Notes under the pieces: generated by a model
What the model saw: the letters and a program-made list of their open reading frames with translations, nothing else
What the model was told of the DNA's origin: nothing
The model's database searches: none
Program-made: the position numbers and the translations under genes
Origin: Gemmatimonadota bacterium
GTDB lineage: Bacteria > Gemmatimonadota > Gemmatimonadetes > Gemmatimonadales > GWC2-71-9
Direction of reading: 5' to 3'
Assembly: GCA_041485505.1 (NCBI GenBank)
Contig: JBGPJS010000001.1
Span: 1 to 33,822, forward strand
Length of the DNA: 33,822 nt
In this document: piece after piece, positions 9,610-18,829 of the stretch
Layout of the letters: each line of letters opens with the position of its first letter
Position numbering within the stretch: position 1 is the stretch's first letter

Positions 9610-10535
9610 TGCTGGACCCCGTCACCCTGAAATCCTTCGCCCGATCGCTTGGCTTTGTGGCCTGTGGCGTGACCAACCTCTCACCTCCGCCACATTCGGA
9701 GGCGCTCGACCACTGGCTTCGGATGGGGTACGCCGGATCGATGCGCTACCTCCATCGCCAGGCCAAGAACCGAAAGAACCCGAGCCAGATTTTGGCTCGC
9801 GCGGTCAGGGCCGTAGTTACGTTGGATAACTACTACTATTCAAGCGGTGCGGCGACAACAGACCAAAAGAGAGGCACCAGAGCTCGGATCGCGCGATACG
9901 CGCTGGGTCGCGACTATCACCTCGCCACCGGAAGAAGATTGAATGAATTGGCGGAATTCCTGCGCCAGAATGGCGCGAAGATCGCGAAGGCCTTTGTGGA
10001 TGCGGGTCCCGTTCCCGAACGCGAGCTGGCGCAGCGCGCAGGGTTGGGTTGGATCGGCAAGAATACGATGCTCATCCATCCAGGTTTGGGCTCGTTCTTC
10101 TTCATCGGGGCCGTTCTCACCGACCTCCCGATTGGGGTCGACCTACCGTTCGAAGCCGACCGATGCGGGTCCTGTACCCGTTGTCTTGACGCCTGTCCCA
10201 CAGCGGCATTCGTCGCCGAACGCGTTCTCGATGCCACCCGGTGCATTTCCTATCTCACCATCGAGCACCGCGGACCCATTCCAGAACAGTTCACCGGTCG
10301 GCTGGAAGGGTGGGGCTTCGGTTGCGACATCTGCAACGAGGTCTGCCCCTGGAATGAGAGGTTCGCCCAGGATTCCACCATCGCGGAGTTTCGTCCCCGC
10401 GGGGATCTGAGCGCCGCAGGTCCCGGCTTCTTCGACGAGCTGACAGAGGAGGAGTTCCGCGAGCGGTTTGGAGACACTCCGCTGGAGCGGGCGGGGTTGG
10501 AGGGAATGCGGCGCAACTGGAAGGCGGCGTTGTGA
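9609..10535 (+). CDS. queG: Epoxyqueuosine reductase
   Basis: In-frame ATG at 9609 (MLDPVTLKSFA...) inside the 9069-10535 ORF, sharing 1 nt with the ndh stop (TGATG). Two 4Fe-4S motifs (CGSCTRCLDACPTAAF and CDICNEVCPWN). Confidence 0.9.
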   Translation: MLDPVTLKSFARSLGFVACGVTNLSPPPHSEALDHWLRMGYAGSMRYLHRQAKNRKNPSQILARAVRAVVTLDNYYYSSGAATTDQKRGTRARIARYALGRDYHLATGRRLNELAEFLRQNGAKIAKAFVDAGPVPERELAQRAGLGWIGKNTMLIHPGLGSFFFIGAVLTDLPIGVDLPFEADRCGSCTRCLDACPTAAFVAERVLDATRCISYLTIEHRGPIPEQFTGRLEGWGFGCDICNEVCPWNERFAQDSTIAEFRPRGDLSAAGPGFFDELTEEEFRERFGDTPLERAGLEGMRRNWKAAL

Positions 10536-10903
10536 TCCGGTCTCTCTACAGCATCGCGGTTTTCGTCAACGATATTGAGCGCGCCAAGATCTTTTATCGG
10601 GAGCATCTCGGCTTGGCCATGACCAAGGAGGGATCCTTCGGCGCCGAGTTCCTCGAAGGTGACACTCATCTTGGGGTGCACCCAGCCACCCATGCCGAGG
10701 CCAAGGCGCTGGTCGGCCGGCATACCGGGATCACGTTCGAGGTGACCGATCTGCTGCAATTCTGCGAACGCCTGCACGAGTGCGGAATCCACTTCCTCAA
10801 TGAACCGACTCAACAGTCGTGGGGGATCATGGCCATGGTGGCCGACCCCGACGGCAACGTGATCGCACTGTGGGAGGATAAGCCGGAGACCAGTGAACGG
10901 TAG
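10532..10903 (+). CDS. VOC (glyoxalase/bleomycin-resistance/dioxygenase) family protein
   Basis: 123-aa ORF. SIAVFVNDIERAKIFYREHLGL ... DPDGNVIALWE pattern typical of VOC fold. GTG start overlaps the queG stop (GTGA 10532-10535). Confidence 0.8.
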   Translation: MIRSLYSIAVFVNDIERAKIFYREHLGLAMTKEGSFGAEFLEGDTHLGVHPATHAEAKALVGRHTGITFEVTDLLQFCERLHECGIHFLNEPTQQSWGIMAMVADPDGNVIALWEDKPETSER

Positions 10904-11028
10904 GCCGGAGGCCGCATCCGCCAGCGCTTCGCAGGTGCCGTAGTCCTCGCCGGTCAGCAGGGAGCGCCAGGCAACCCGACGATGCCCTCGACACCGCGCC
11001 CGACAGTTGGCCGCGAGGGGGGGGCCGC

Positions 11029-12144
11029 TCATCTGCCAAGGAATTCACCGATCGGGGCCAGCGTCTCGGTATGATCGCAGAGGATCTTGAGGGCGGCCAT
11101 CATCGGGACTGCCAGGATCGCCCCGGGGATCCCCCAAAGCCACCACCAGAACGTCAGGCTGATGAACACGGCCACCGGATTGAGCAGGAGCCGCCGGCCC
11201 AGAATCATTGGAGTGAGAAAGCTTCCTTCGACCACCGCGAGTACGAAATACGCCGCCGGTACCAGCAACGCCGTCCCCAGATCGTCGAAAGTCAGGAACG
11301 AGGCCAGCGTCAGGGCGGCGATCCCCACCATGGCACCAAGATACGGAACGAAGCCGAGGAGGCCCGCCATGACCCCCCAGAGGAGAGGGTTGGGCATTCC
11401 AAAAGCCCAGGTGACCAGCCCGACGGCCGAACCAAGTGCGGCGTAGATCAGGGTTACGGTGGAGAGATAGGCCGAGATCTGGTCTTCCGCCTCACGTACG
11501 ACCTTTACCGCCGTCTCCCGGTCCTCGGCGCGTGGGAGTACCCTGACCAACTTGCGAAGGAAGAGGTCGCCCGAGGCGAGCAGGAAGTAGAGAAGGATCA
11601 TGACGATCGTGGCCCCGGCCAGGAAGTCCTGGGTGCCGCCGAACAATGCGTCGCTCAGTGTCGGCCCCTTGATCTGCACCTCGGGAGTCTTCTGTCCGGC
11701 GACATCCGTGATCTTCTCCATTTGCTCGGCGGTCTGGGTCATCGCCTCCACGGGCTTGCGTAGTTTGCGGACCTTGGATTCGATCTTCTTCAGGCTCTGC
11801 GGCGCCTTGGCGAGCCATTCGCTGGCCGGTTCCGACAGTTGGTAGACGGCAAACCCGGCTCCGCCGAGGAGAATCGCCAGCACGACGGCGGCCCCCGCCG
11901 CATCCGGAAGCCGCAGACGACGGAGCCACCGCACGGTCGGCCTGAGCAGAAAGTTCAGGAGTGCGGCCATCACCACCGGAACCACGAAGACCCTGGCGGC
12001 GTGCAGCGTGTACAGGAGGGCCAGAATGAAAAGGCCGTTGGAACCCAGCGACCGGATGTCGCCGGAGCGGCGGAACAGGGTGCGGAGCTTCGTTAGGTCC
12101 GGCGCTGGCTGATCCGGCTGGGGGGGAACCAGGTCCTGGGTCAT
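11029..12144 (-). CDS. AI-2E family (PerM/UPF0118) transporter
   Basis: Multi-span membrane protein with family-like C-terminal half (GLLGFVPYLGAMVGIAALTL..., FISLTFWWWLWGIPGAILAVPMMA). ATG at 12144 (MTQDLVPP) preferred over the 12237 ORF start. Confidence 0.85.
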   Translation of the reverse strand: MTQDLVPPQPDQPAPDLTKLRTLFRRSGDIRSLGSNGLFILALLYTLHAARVFVVPVVMAALLNFLLRPTVRWLRRLRLPDAAGAAVVLAILLGGAGFAVYQLSEPASEWLAKAPQSLKKIESKVRKLRKPVEAMTQTAEQMEKITDVAGQKTPEVQIKGPTLSDALFGGTQDFLAGATIVMILLYFLLASGDLFLRKLVRVLPRAEDRETAVKVVREAEDQISAYLSTVTLIYAALGSAVGLVTWAFGMPNPLLWGVMAGLLGFVPYLGAMVGIAALTLASFLTFDDLGTALLVPAAYFVLAVVEGSFLTPMILGRRLLLNPVAVFISLTFWWWLWGIPGAILAVPMMAALKILCDHTETLAPIGEFLGR

Positions 12145-12236
12145 GGCACTCTCCAGAGCGTGACACGTCCGATCGGTTATGATAGCACTAAATTTCCTCC
12201 GTGCGTCAGTCCTCCTGCGCCCCGGCGTCCCAGGCA

Positions 12237-12992
12237 ATGATCCAGCGGTTGTATGTCACTCTCGTCTCGGTCTGGACCTGGCTGGTTTTGGTCACCTGCC
12301 TGATCGTCTGGTGTCCCCTCCTCTTCCTCCTCCGGGTGGCCTCGGTATTGTTCGACCCGGGGTTATACTGGACCGGCCTCTGGTTCCGGAAGCTCGCGGT
12401 GGTGACGGCGGCGCTGAACCCGCTTTGGCGGTTTCGGTGCACCGGGATCGCGGTCGCCAATCCCCGCCGCCCCTTCGTTGTCGTTTCCAATCACGAGTCC
12501 TTTGCCGACATCCTCCTGATCAGTCATCTGCCGTGGGAAATGAAGTGGATGTCCAAGGTAGAACTCTTTCGCATCCCGATTCTGGGCTGGAACATGTGGC
12601 TCGCGGGGGATGTTCCCGTACACCGGGGCAAGGGGCGAAGCGCGGTCCAGGCCATGCGGCGGTGCAAGGAAGTGCTCCGGAAGCGGGTCTCGGTCATCAT
12701 TTTTCCGGAGGGGACCCGGTCTCCCACGGACGAGATGCTGCCCTTCAAGGACGGTGCCTTCCGATTGGCCATCGAGTCCGGTGTACCGATTCTCCCACTC
12801 GTCGTCGCGGGCACCGCGAGCGCCATCCGGAAGCATGACTGGCGGGTGGGTCGCACTGACGCGGTGGTCCGGGTCCTTCCTCCGGTCGAAACTGAGGGCC
12901 TCACCGTCAAGGACACTCATGCCTTGCGGGATCGGGTCCGCGAAATGATCCGTGCGGCGCGTGATGAGATCCGCGCCGGAGAAACCACCTAG
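12237..12992 (+). CDS. plsC: 1-acyl-sn-glycerol-3-phosphate acyltransferase
   Basis: HX4D acyltransferase motif NHESFADI and FPEGTRS block. ATG 12237 (MIQRLYVTL, followed by a TM segment) preferred; ORF track start 12201. Confidence 0.85.
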   Translation: MIQRLYVTLVSVWTWLVLVTCLIVWCPLLFLLRVASVLFDPGLYWTGLWFRKLAVVTAALNPLWRFRCTGIAVANPRRPFVVVSNHESFADILLISHLPWEMKWMSKVELFRIPILGWNMWLAGDVPVHRGKGRSAVQAMRRCKEVLRKRVSVIIFPEGTRSPTDEMLPFKDGAFRLAIESGVPILPLVVAGTASAIRKHDWRVGRTDAVVRVLPPVETEGLTVKDTHALRDRVREMIRAARDEIRAGETT

Positions 12993-13009
12993 CACTCCGT
13001 CCTGAGTCC

Positions 13010-13927
13010 TCAGTCCTGTCTCGCCAACCCCGCCGGCGCCCGCACCGAGCCTACCAAACCTGCTAGGGCAAAGAGAGTGACCACGTACGGAAACATCAGG
13101 AACAGCTGATAGGGCAACTGCAGGCCCAGTGCCTGGAAAAGAAACTGCAGGGCCATCGCTCCGCCGAACAGCAGCCCGGCCAGAGCCACCCGGACCGGGT
13201 GCCAACCTCCCAGCACGACGATCGCGATCGCAATGAATCCCCGGCCGGCCGTCATTTGTTCCGCAAAGGTGCCCACTTGCGCGAGAACGAGACTCGCACC
13301 GGCCAGTCCGGCGAAGCCTCCACCCAGAATCACCGCCACCGCCCGGATCGGCCCAACTCGGACGCCGGCTGCCGCTGCGGCTTCCCGCCATTCTCCCGCT
13401 GCACGAAGGGCCAGGCCCCAGCGGGTCCGAAAGAGAGCCCACCAGACCACCGGGACCGCGAGTACCGCGACATAGGTGAGGAGTGACTGGTTGAATAGTG
13501 CCGGGCCCAGCACCGGGATCCGGTGGAGCAGGGGGATCTCCACTGGGTCAAGCGTCGGAAGCGACAGACCAGCACCTGCAGTGCCGTAGTACTGCCGGTA
13601 GCTCACGCCAGTCAGGCCAGTCGCGAGAAGAGTCATCGCGGTCCCCGCGATGATCTGGTCGGCACCTACCCCCACGACGATGGCCGCGAAGAGGGCCGCG
13701 AGCGCCATTCCCGCCAGTATCGCCAGAAGAACCCCCACCCATGGCCCAGATCTGGTCGCACCGATCGCGGACGCGAGGGCACCGGCCAGCATCGCACCTT
13801 CGATGCCGAGATTGATCACGCCGGATCGCTCCGCGATCGTCTCGCCGGTGGCCGCCAGGACCAGCGGGGTGGCAACCCGGATACTGGCTTCGAGGAACGC
13901 GGTGAGAAGCGGTGGGGCTTCGCTCAC
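13010..13927 (-). CDS. ABC transporter permease (BMP/nucleoside-type, NupQ-like)
   Basis: 305-aa polytopic ORF. GTG start overlaps the upstream permease stop (GTGA 13924-13927). Operon context: BMP lipoprotein and a duplicated ATPase. Confidence 0.85.
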   Translation of the reverse strand: MSEAPPLLTAFLEASIRVATPLVLAATGETIAERSGVINLGIEGAMLAGALASAIGATRSGPWVGVLLAILAGMALAALFAAIVVGVGADQIIAGTAMTLLATGLTGVSYRQYYGTAGAGLSLPTLDPVEIPLLHRIPVLGPALFNQSLLTYVAVLAVPVVWWALFRTRWGLALRAAGEWREAAAAAGVRVGPIRAVAVILGGGFAGLAGASLVLAQVGTFAEQMTAGRGFIAIAIVVLGGWHPVRVALAGLLFGGAMALQFLFQALGLQLPYQLFLMFPYVVTLFALAGLVGSVRAPAGLARQD

Positions 13928-14988
13928 TCGCTCTCCTCCGCGTTCACCCGCGCCGCAATTCGCCGCCTCGCTACCTCGACCACGAGGACGGAGACGATGA
14001 TGGCCGCCTCGACCACGTTCACGACGACCGTCGGCACGCTGGCCTCCCGCTGCATAGCGGCGGCCCCGGCCTCCAGCGCTCCGAAGAGTATGCCCGTCGC
14101 GACGATCGCGAGCGGATTGAGCCGGGCCAGGAGTGCCACGGCGATCGCGGTAAATCCGTAGCCCGGCGAGAGGTTTTGAAACAGAGCATAGGAAACACCC
14201 GTGATCTCCATTCCCCCCGCCAGACCGGCGAAGCCACCCGAGCAGAGCAGGGCCAGTGCCGAGGTTTTCCGAACGTCGATTCGGCCGCTGATCTCGGCGG
14301 CCCGGGGACCGATCCCGGTCACCAGCAGATGGAACCCTCCGATTGAGCGGCTGAAGAAGACGTGAAGCCCCACTGCAAGGAGCAGGGCGACCAGAAAGCC
14401 CAGGTGAAGCCGGGTACCGGGAAAGACCGCAAGGCGCGCCGAGGTGGCGATGAGGTCACTCTGGGGATAGGTCCTCCGGGCTTCCTGAAGGGGACCGGTC
14501 ACCATGAGGCTCACGAGTGCACTGGCTATGAAGTTGAGCAGCAGGGTGCTGATCACTTCCAGGACACCGAAGCGAAGCTTCAGTATCACGGGAACGACCA
14601 CCCAGGCTCCTCCGGCGACAACCGCAACCAGCCAGACACTGCCGATCGCGAAAGGAGCCGGCCAGCCTGCGACATGCAATCCCAGCCAGGTCGCCGCGAT
14701 TGCGCCAGCATAGAACTGCCCCTCGGCCCCGATGTTCAGAGCGCCGGCACGGAACGCGGTGGCAATGCCAAGACCGATGATGATGAGGGGGACGGAGCGA
14801 AGCAGCGTGGCTGAGCTGATCACATACCAGGATCCGAAGGCACCTCGGCCCATAGCCGCAAGCGCCGCAGGGGCATCAAACCCTGCCAGCCACAAACCCA
14901 GTCCGAGAAGGCCTACTCCAGCTGCGACAGTGGTCCCCGCCAGACCAGCGAACTCGATCAGTCGGCGGGCTCGGGGTCGTCCACTCAC
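13924..14988 (-). CDS. ABC transporter permease (BMP/nucleoside-type, NupP-like)
   Basis: 354-aa polytopic ORF. GTG start overlaps the ATPase stop (GTGA 14985-14988). Confidence 0.85.
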   Translation of the reverse strand: MSGRPRARRLIEFAGLAGTTVAAGVGLLGLGLWLAGFDAPAALAAMGRGAFGSWYVISSATLLRSVPLIIIGLGIATAFRAGALNIGAEGQFYAGAIAATWLGLHVAGWPAPFAIGSVWLVAVVAGGAWVVVPVILKLRFGVLEVISTLLLNFIASALVSLMVTGPLQEARRTYPQSDLIATSARLAVFPGTRLHLGFLVALLLAVGLHVFFSRSIGGFHLLVTGIGPRAAEISGRIDVRKTSALALLCSGGFAGLAGGMEITGVSYALFQNLSPGYGFTAIAVALLARLNPLAIVATGILFGALEAGAAAMQREASVPTVVVNVVEAAIIVSVLVVEVARRRIAARVNAEESE

Positions 14989-16442
14989 CGGGTTCCGCCC
15001 AGCATCAGGGCCCCGAGCGCGGCGCGGTCGGCCGTATTGGGCGCTGGGGTCAACCCGCCATCCGCCATCGCGAACCGCCGGTCACCCAGCGCCAGGACTT
15101 CGTCCAGATCGCTGGAGTAGACCAGGACTGCGGCTCCGGTGCTCGCGCTCATCCGCAAGAACTCGTGGACCCGGGCGGTAGACCTGAGATCAAGGCCCCG
15201 CGTCGGTTGCTCCGCCACAATGACGCGGGGTTGCAGCTCAAGTGCCCTGGCAATGATGAGCTTCTGCTGGTTTCCGCCGCTCAGCTGGGACACTGGCGCC
15301 TCCGGCCCCAGGGCGCGGATGTCGAATCGGGAAATCAGCTCGGCGGTCCTCTCCTCCGCCTGAGCCCAATGGATCCAGGGCGGAGTGACCCACGCCGCCT
15401 CCCTCCCCACCCCGAGGACGACATTGGCCGTCAGCGAGAGTGAAGGGATCAGTCCTTCAGTAGTGCGATCCTCGGGAATGAAGGCCACCGGGCCGGCTAC
15501 TTCCAGGATCCCTCCCTGGATCGGAAGCAAGCCGGCGACGGCGCGGAGCAATTCCCGTTGACCGTTTCCCTGAACGGCGGCCACTGAGACGATCTCGCCG
15601 GCGTGGATTTCGAGCGTCGCACTGCGCACAGCGAGGCCGGTCCCGGGCTGGCGCGCGACGTCGATCCCAGAGCAACGGACCAAGACCGCGCCCGGGCTCC
15701 TCGGCCCGCTGGCCTGGCGCGACCACCCGCTGCGGTCGGGACCTATCATTTGCGCGGCGAGGAAACTGGCGTCCAGCCCAGCTGCCGGACCACTGTAGAT
15801 CGTCGCCCCCCGCCGGAGCACCGTTACCGAGTCCGCGACCCGAAGTGCTTCCTCGAGTTTGTGGGTGATGAACACCACTGCCCCGCCGGAGCTGGTGAAA
15901 CGGCGGACCACATCGAAGAGTTCTGTGGTTTCCGCGGGTGAGAGTACCGCAGTGGGTTCATCCAACAGAAGGATTCGGGCGTCACCAGCGAGCGCCTTAA
16001 GGATTTCCACCCGCTGCTTTTCTGCCACGCTTAGATCGCCGGTCACCTGGTTGGGGTCGACTCTCAGGTTGGTCTTTTCCATCAGGGCACGAGCCTGAGC
16101 GACCAGGTTGGCGTGAGTAGGCTTCCACCCCGCCGCGAGCGCAATATTCTCAGCGACGGTAAACGCCGGGACCGACGTAAAGTGCTGATGCACCATTCCG
16201 ATCCCAAGTCCACGGGCTATCCGCGGCGATCGAATGGTGCGGGGAACTCCCTCGACCAGGGTGGATCCCGAGTCCGCCGCTAGGAGCCCATAAGCGATGT
16301 GCATCAGCGTAGACTTGCCCGCGCCGTTTTCGCCCAGGAGGGCATGGCACTGGCCTGATTTCAGGGCGAACTCGGCTCCGCGCAGGGCGTGGACGGCGCC
16401 GAAGCGCTTCTCAATCGCTTGGAGTTCAAGTGCTGGGGGCAT
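14985..16442 (-). CDS. ABC transporter ATP-binding protein with two fused ABC domains (NupO/RbsA-like)
   Basis: Walker A GENGAGKST, signature LSVAEKQRVEI and LSGGNQQKLIIA, Walker B ILLLDEPT / VIVAEQPTRGLD. ATG at 16442 (MPPALELQAIEKRFG) preferred over the extended ORF start 16607. Confidence 0.9.
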   Translation of the reverse strand: MPPALELQAIEKRFGAVHALRGAEFALKSGQCHALLGENGAGKSTLMHIAYGLLAADSGSTLVEGVPRTIRSPRIARGLGIGMVHQHFTSVPAFTVAENIALAAGWKPTHANLVAQARALMEKTNLRVDPNQVTGDLSVAEKQRVEILKALAGDARILLLDEPTAVLSPAETTELFDVVRRFTSSGGAVVFITHKLEEALRVADSVTVLRRGATIYSGPAAGLDASFLAAQMIGPDRSGWSRQASGPRSPGAVLVRCSGIDVARQPGTGLAVRSATLEIHAGEIVSVAAVQGNGQRELLRAVAGLLPIQGGILEVAGPVAFIPEDRTTEGLIPSLSLTANVVLGVGREAAWVTPPWIHWAQAEERTAELISRFDIRALGPEAPVSQLSGGNQQKLIIARALELQPRVIVAEQPTRGLDLRSTARVHEFLRMSASTGAAVLVYSSDLDEVLALGDRRFAMADGGLTPAPNTADRAALGALMLGGTR

Positions 16443-16477
16443 GGGCCGGATGGCGAGAACCCCGGAGGGCGCTGCCG

Positions 16478-17317
16478 CTAAAGTCCCGTCGGGTGGTGGT
16501 GGAACTCCCAGGGTAGGCCGAAGCGGTTCGACAGGTGGGCGGCCAGAGCCTGGACACCCAGACTTTCCGTGGCATAGTGGCCGGCATAAATCAAATTGAT
16601 TCCCCACTCCATCGCATCGAAGTGAGTATGGTGGGCCCCTTCACCTGTGATGAAGGTGTCGAGTCCCGCTTCCCGTGCCGAGGCAAGCATATCTCCCGCG
16701 GCGCCCGCGATGATGCCGATTCGAGAGACGGTCTCGGGACCGCCGGGAATCAGGTGCACCGATCCGGGAGCAACGGCCAACTGCGTTCCCAATGCCTCGA
16801 CCAGTGATGCGCGAGTTCCCAAATTCGCTGGCGCCCGGCCATGAACCCCAATCGGTATCCCCTTGTAGGTGCCGAACCAGCCGTCGACAGCCAGGCCGAG
16901 ACGTCGAGCCAAAGCAATGTTGTTCCCGACCTCCGGGTGAACGTCGAGGGGGATGTGGGCGGCATAGAGTGCGACGTCGCCCTCGAACAGGGCACCGAGC
17001 CGGCGGAAGCGCCGACCAGTCACCGGCAGGTTTCCATCCCAGAAGAGCCCGTGATGCACAATGAGTAGGGGCGCAGCATGCGGTGCCCATCCTCCCCCAA
17101 CATCCCCCGCCCGCGCCTCGATGCTGTGTCGCGCCTTGGCCACTGCGCCGTCGATCGTCGCTTGGGATGCGTCCACGGCCGCGATCAGATAACCGATGAG
17201 GCCCCGATTTTCCATCTGAAGGCCGTTGACGGCGCCTGGTTCATCCGGGATTTCCGGGAGCCGCAGGTACTGGTCGAGGTACCCACGGATTTCCTGCAAG
17301 GGGATCTCACTGCTCAT
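16478..17317 (-). CDS. NIF3 family (YbgI/YqfO-like, GTP cyclohydrolase 1 type 2 homologue) dinuclear-metal protein
   Basis: 279-aa ORF. Family-like His/Asp/Glu clusters (LLIVHHGLFW, YAAHIPLDVHPEVGNN, TGEGAHHTHFDA, AGHYATE). ATG overlaps the BMP gene stop (ATGA 17314-17317). Confidence 0.85.
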   Translation of the reverse strand: MSSEIPLQEIRGYLDQYLRLPEIPDEPGAVNGLQMENRGLIGYLIAAVDASQATIDGAVAKARHSIEARAGDVGGGWAPHAAPLLIVHHGLFWDGNLPVTGRRFRRLGALFEGDVALYAAHIPLDVHPEVGNNIALARRLGLAVDGWFGTYKGIPIGVHGRAPANLGTRASLVEALGTQLAVAPGSVHLIPGGPETVSRIGIIAGAAGDMLASAREAGLDTFITGEGAHHTHFDAMEWGINLIYAGHYATESLGVQALAAHLSNRFGLPWEFHHHPTGL

Positions 17318-18303
17318 GGCCGGTCTGCGGCAGCAATGGAGTCTGCGGCGGCCTTGATCAGCGCCGAGAGGGTCGGAGAAACCCGGGATTGCAGCGCGGG
17401 GTTGGTCTCGAACCGCACCACACCACTTTTCAAGCCGAAGGATTCCGCCCTCGGAGAGAAGCCGCCGGCTTGCACCTCTCGCGCGACGCTGAGGATGGCC
17501 CGAGGCAGATCGATCACCGCCGACCCGAGAACTCGATCCGGGGCGAGTGCCGTTTGGTTGGAATTGGCTCCGAAAATAAATGCGTCGGGTGATTCCTTGA
17601 CCGCCTGAAACAGCCCAAGGGCAGCGGCGTCGGCGTTGTGATGGAACATGTCTGCGCCGACCCTCATGAGTGCCAACGCCGCCTCGCGACCGGCCGCTAC
17701 ATCATCGAAGCTGTTCAGATAGCTCGACCGCATCACCACCCGGGGGTTCACCGTCTTTGCGCCTGCCGCCCAAGCCGCTTCCGCCTCCTTGATGGGTGGC
17801 AGCTCAATGCCGCCGACGAAGCCGAGGGTTCCAGTCTTGGTCAAACCGCCGGCCATCATTCCCGCCAGGTAACTGGCTTCCTTAAGCCTGAAGATCAGGG
17901 GTGAGACGTTCCCCATCACCCGCTCGCCACTCGTGACTATGAAAACAGTCGAGGGGTAATCGACCGAAACCCGCTCAGCCGGGGCTTGAAATTCGAAACC
18001 GTGGCCGAACACGAGATCATAGCCCTGAGCCGCATATGATCTGAGGGCCTCCTCCTGCTCGGCAGGGGTGTGGGCTTCCACATGGCTGATCTCGGCCTTG
18101 AGGGAATCCCGCACCTGCATGAGGCCGGCATAGGCACCAGAGTTCCAAGCCGCGTCGGCGATGGAGCCGGGGGCGATGAGTGCCACTCTGAACCGCCCTC
18201 TCTTACCAGATCCTTCGCATGCCATTAACAACAGTGATAAGACACTGACAACACAGTAACACGCCACTAGCCTAGTTACACTTGAGGAGCATCTTGAGCC
18301 CAT
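17314..18303 (-). CDS. BMP family (basic membrane protein, PnrA/NupN-like) ABC substrate-binding lipoprotein
   Basis: Signal peptide with lipobox-like LLLMAC, then BMP-family body (GFVGG, FIFGANS...). ATG 18303 preferred; GTG 18348 is the ORF-track start. Confidence 0.85.
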   Translation of the reverse strand: MGSRCSSSVTRLVACYCVVSVLSLLLMACEGSGKRGRFRVALIAPGSIADAAWNSGAYAGLMQVRDSLKAEISHVEAHTPAEQEEALRSYAAQGYDLVFGHGFEFQAPAERVSVDYPSTVFIVTSGERVMGNVSPLIFRLKEASYLAGMMAGGLTKTGTLGFVGGIELPPIKEAEAAWAAGAKTVNPRVVMRSSYLNSFDDVAAGREAALALMRVGADMFHHNADAAALGLFQAVKESPDAFIFGANSNQTALAPDRVLGSAVIDLPRAILSVAREVQAGGFSPRAESFGLKSGVVRFETNPALQSRVSPTLSALIKAAADSIAAADRP

Positions 18304-18382
18304 TCGAGACCTTCGGGTTGGCCAGGACGACAAGCCACTTATTTCCACAGACTTGAGCGACTTTTCAACGATTGTGGGAAGT

Positions 18383-18829
18383 CTAGATGCTCTCGGCGAT
18401 CGTTGGGCTCACTGCGAGCCGGAGCCGGTCCTCTCCACCGGGGGCAGCACCGGCCTGCCCCATGGTCACCGTGCCGTTTATTTGTCCACCTTCGGCAATG
18501 TGAATGCGGGTCGTCACGATATCGCCATGCACCACAGCGCTGGATTGAATCTCTACCCGTTCCTCCACCCGAATTGTCCCCTGGACGTCGCCGCCGATGA
18601 TGGCCTCACGAGTGTACAGATCACCTTCGATCATCCCGCCTTGCGCCAGCAGAATTTGCCCCGCGGCGCGGACCGACCCCCGAATCCGACCCTCGACCTT
18701 GATCGTTCCAGCAGTCTCGACATCTCCCACGATCGTCGTCCCGGCCGCGATGATCGAGAGGGTGGCGGTCTCGCTCTTGCGAGCGCTCGCCTCAGGCGCT
18801 ACCGAGGGCGAGGAGCTGAAGATTCCCAT
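18383..18829 (-). CDS. Bactofilin (DUF583) polymer-forming cytoskeletal protein
   Basis: 148-aa ORF with the repetitive beta-helical bactofilin core (IVGDVETAGTIKVEGRIRGSVRAAGQILLAQGGMIEGDLYTREAIIGGDVQGTIRVEERVEIQSSAVVHGDIVT). ATG shares 1 nt with the M23 stop (TGATG). Confidence 0.85.
   Translation of the reverse strand: MGIFSSSPSVAPEASARKSETATLSIIAAGTTIVGDVETAGTIKVEGRIRGSVRAAGQILLAQGGMIEGDLYTREAIIGGDVQGTIRVEERVEIQSSAVVHGDIVTTRIHIAEGGQINGTVTMGQAGAAPGGEDRLRLAVSPTIAESI

Noticed and set aside
11017-11024. G8 homopolymer just downstream of the AI-2E transporter stop
   Set aside because: It is intergenic between convergent genes, so length variation would not shift any reading frame. There is no evidence for phase variation.
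18221-18303. GC dip (about 46% GC) with AT-rich codons at the 5' end of the BMP lipoprotein gene
   Set aside because: It coincides with the signal peptide and translation-initiation region. Reduced GC and mRNA structure there is a common feature, so no separate element needs to be invoked.
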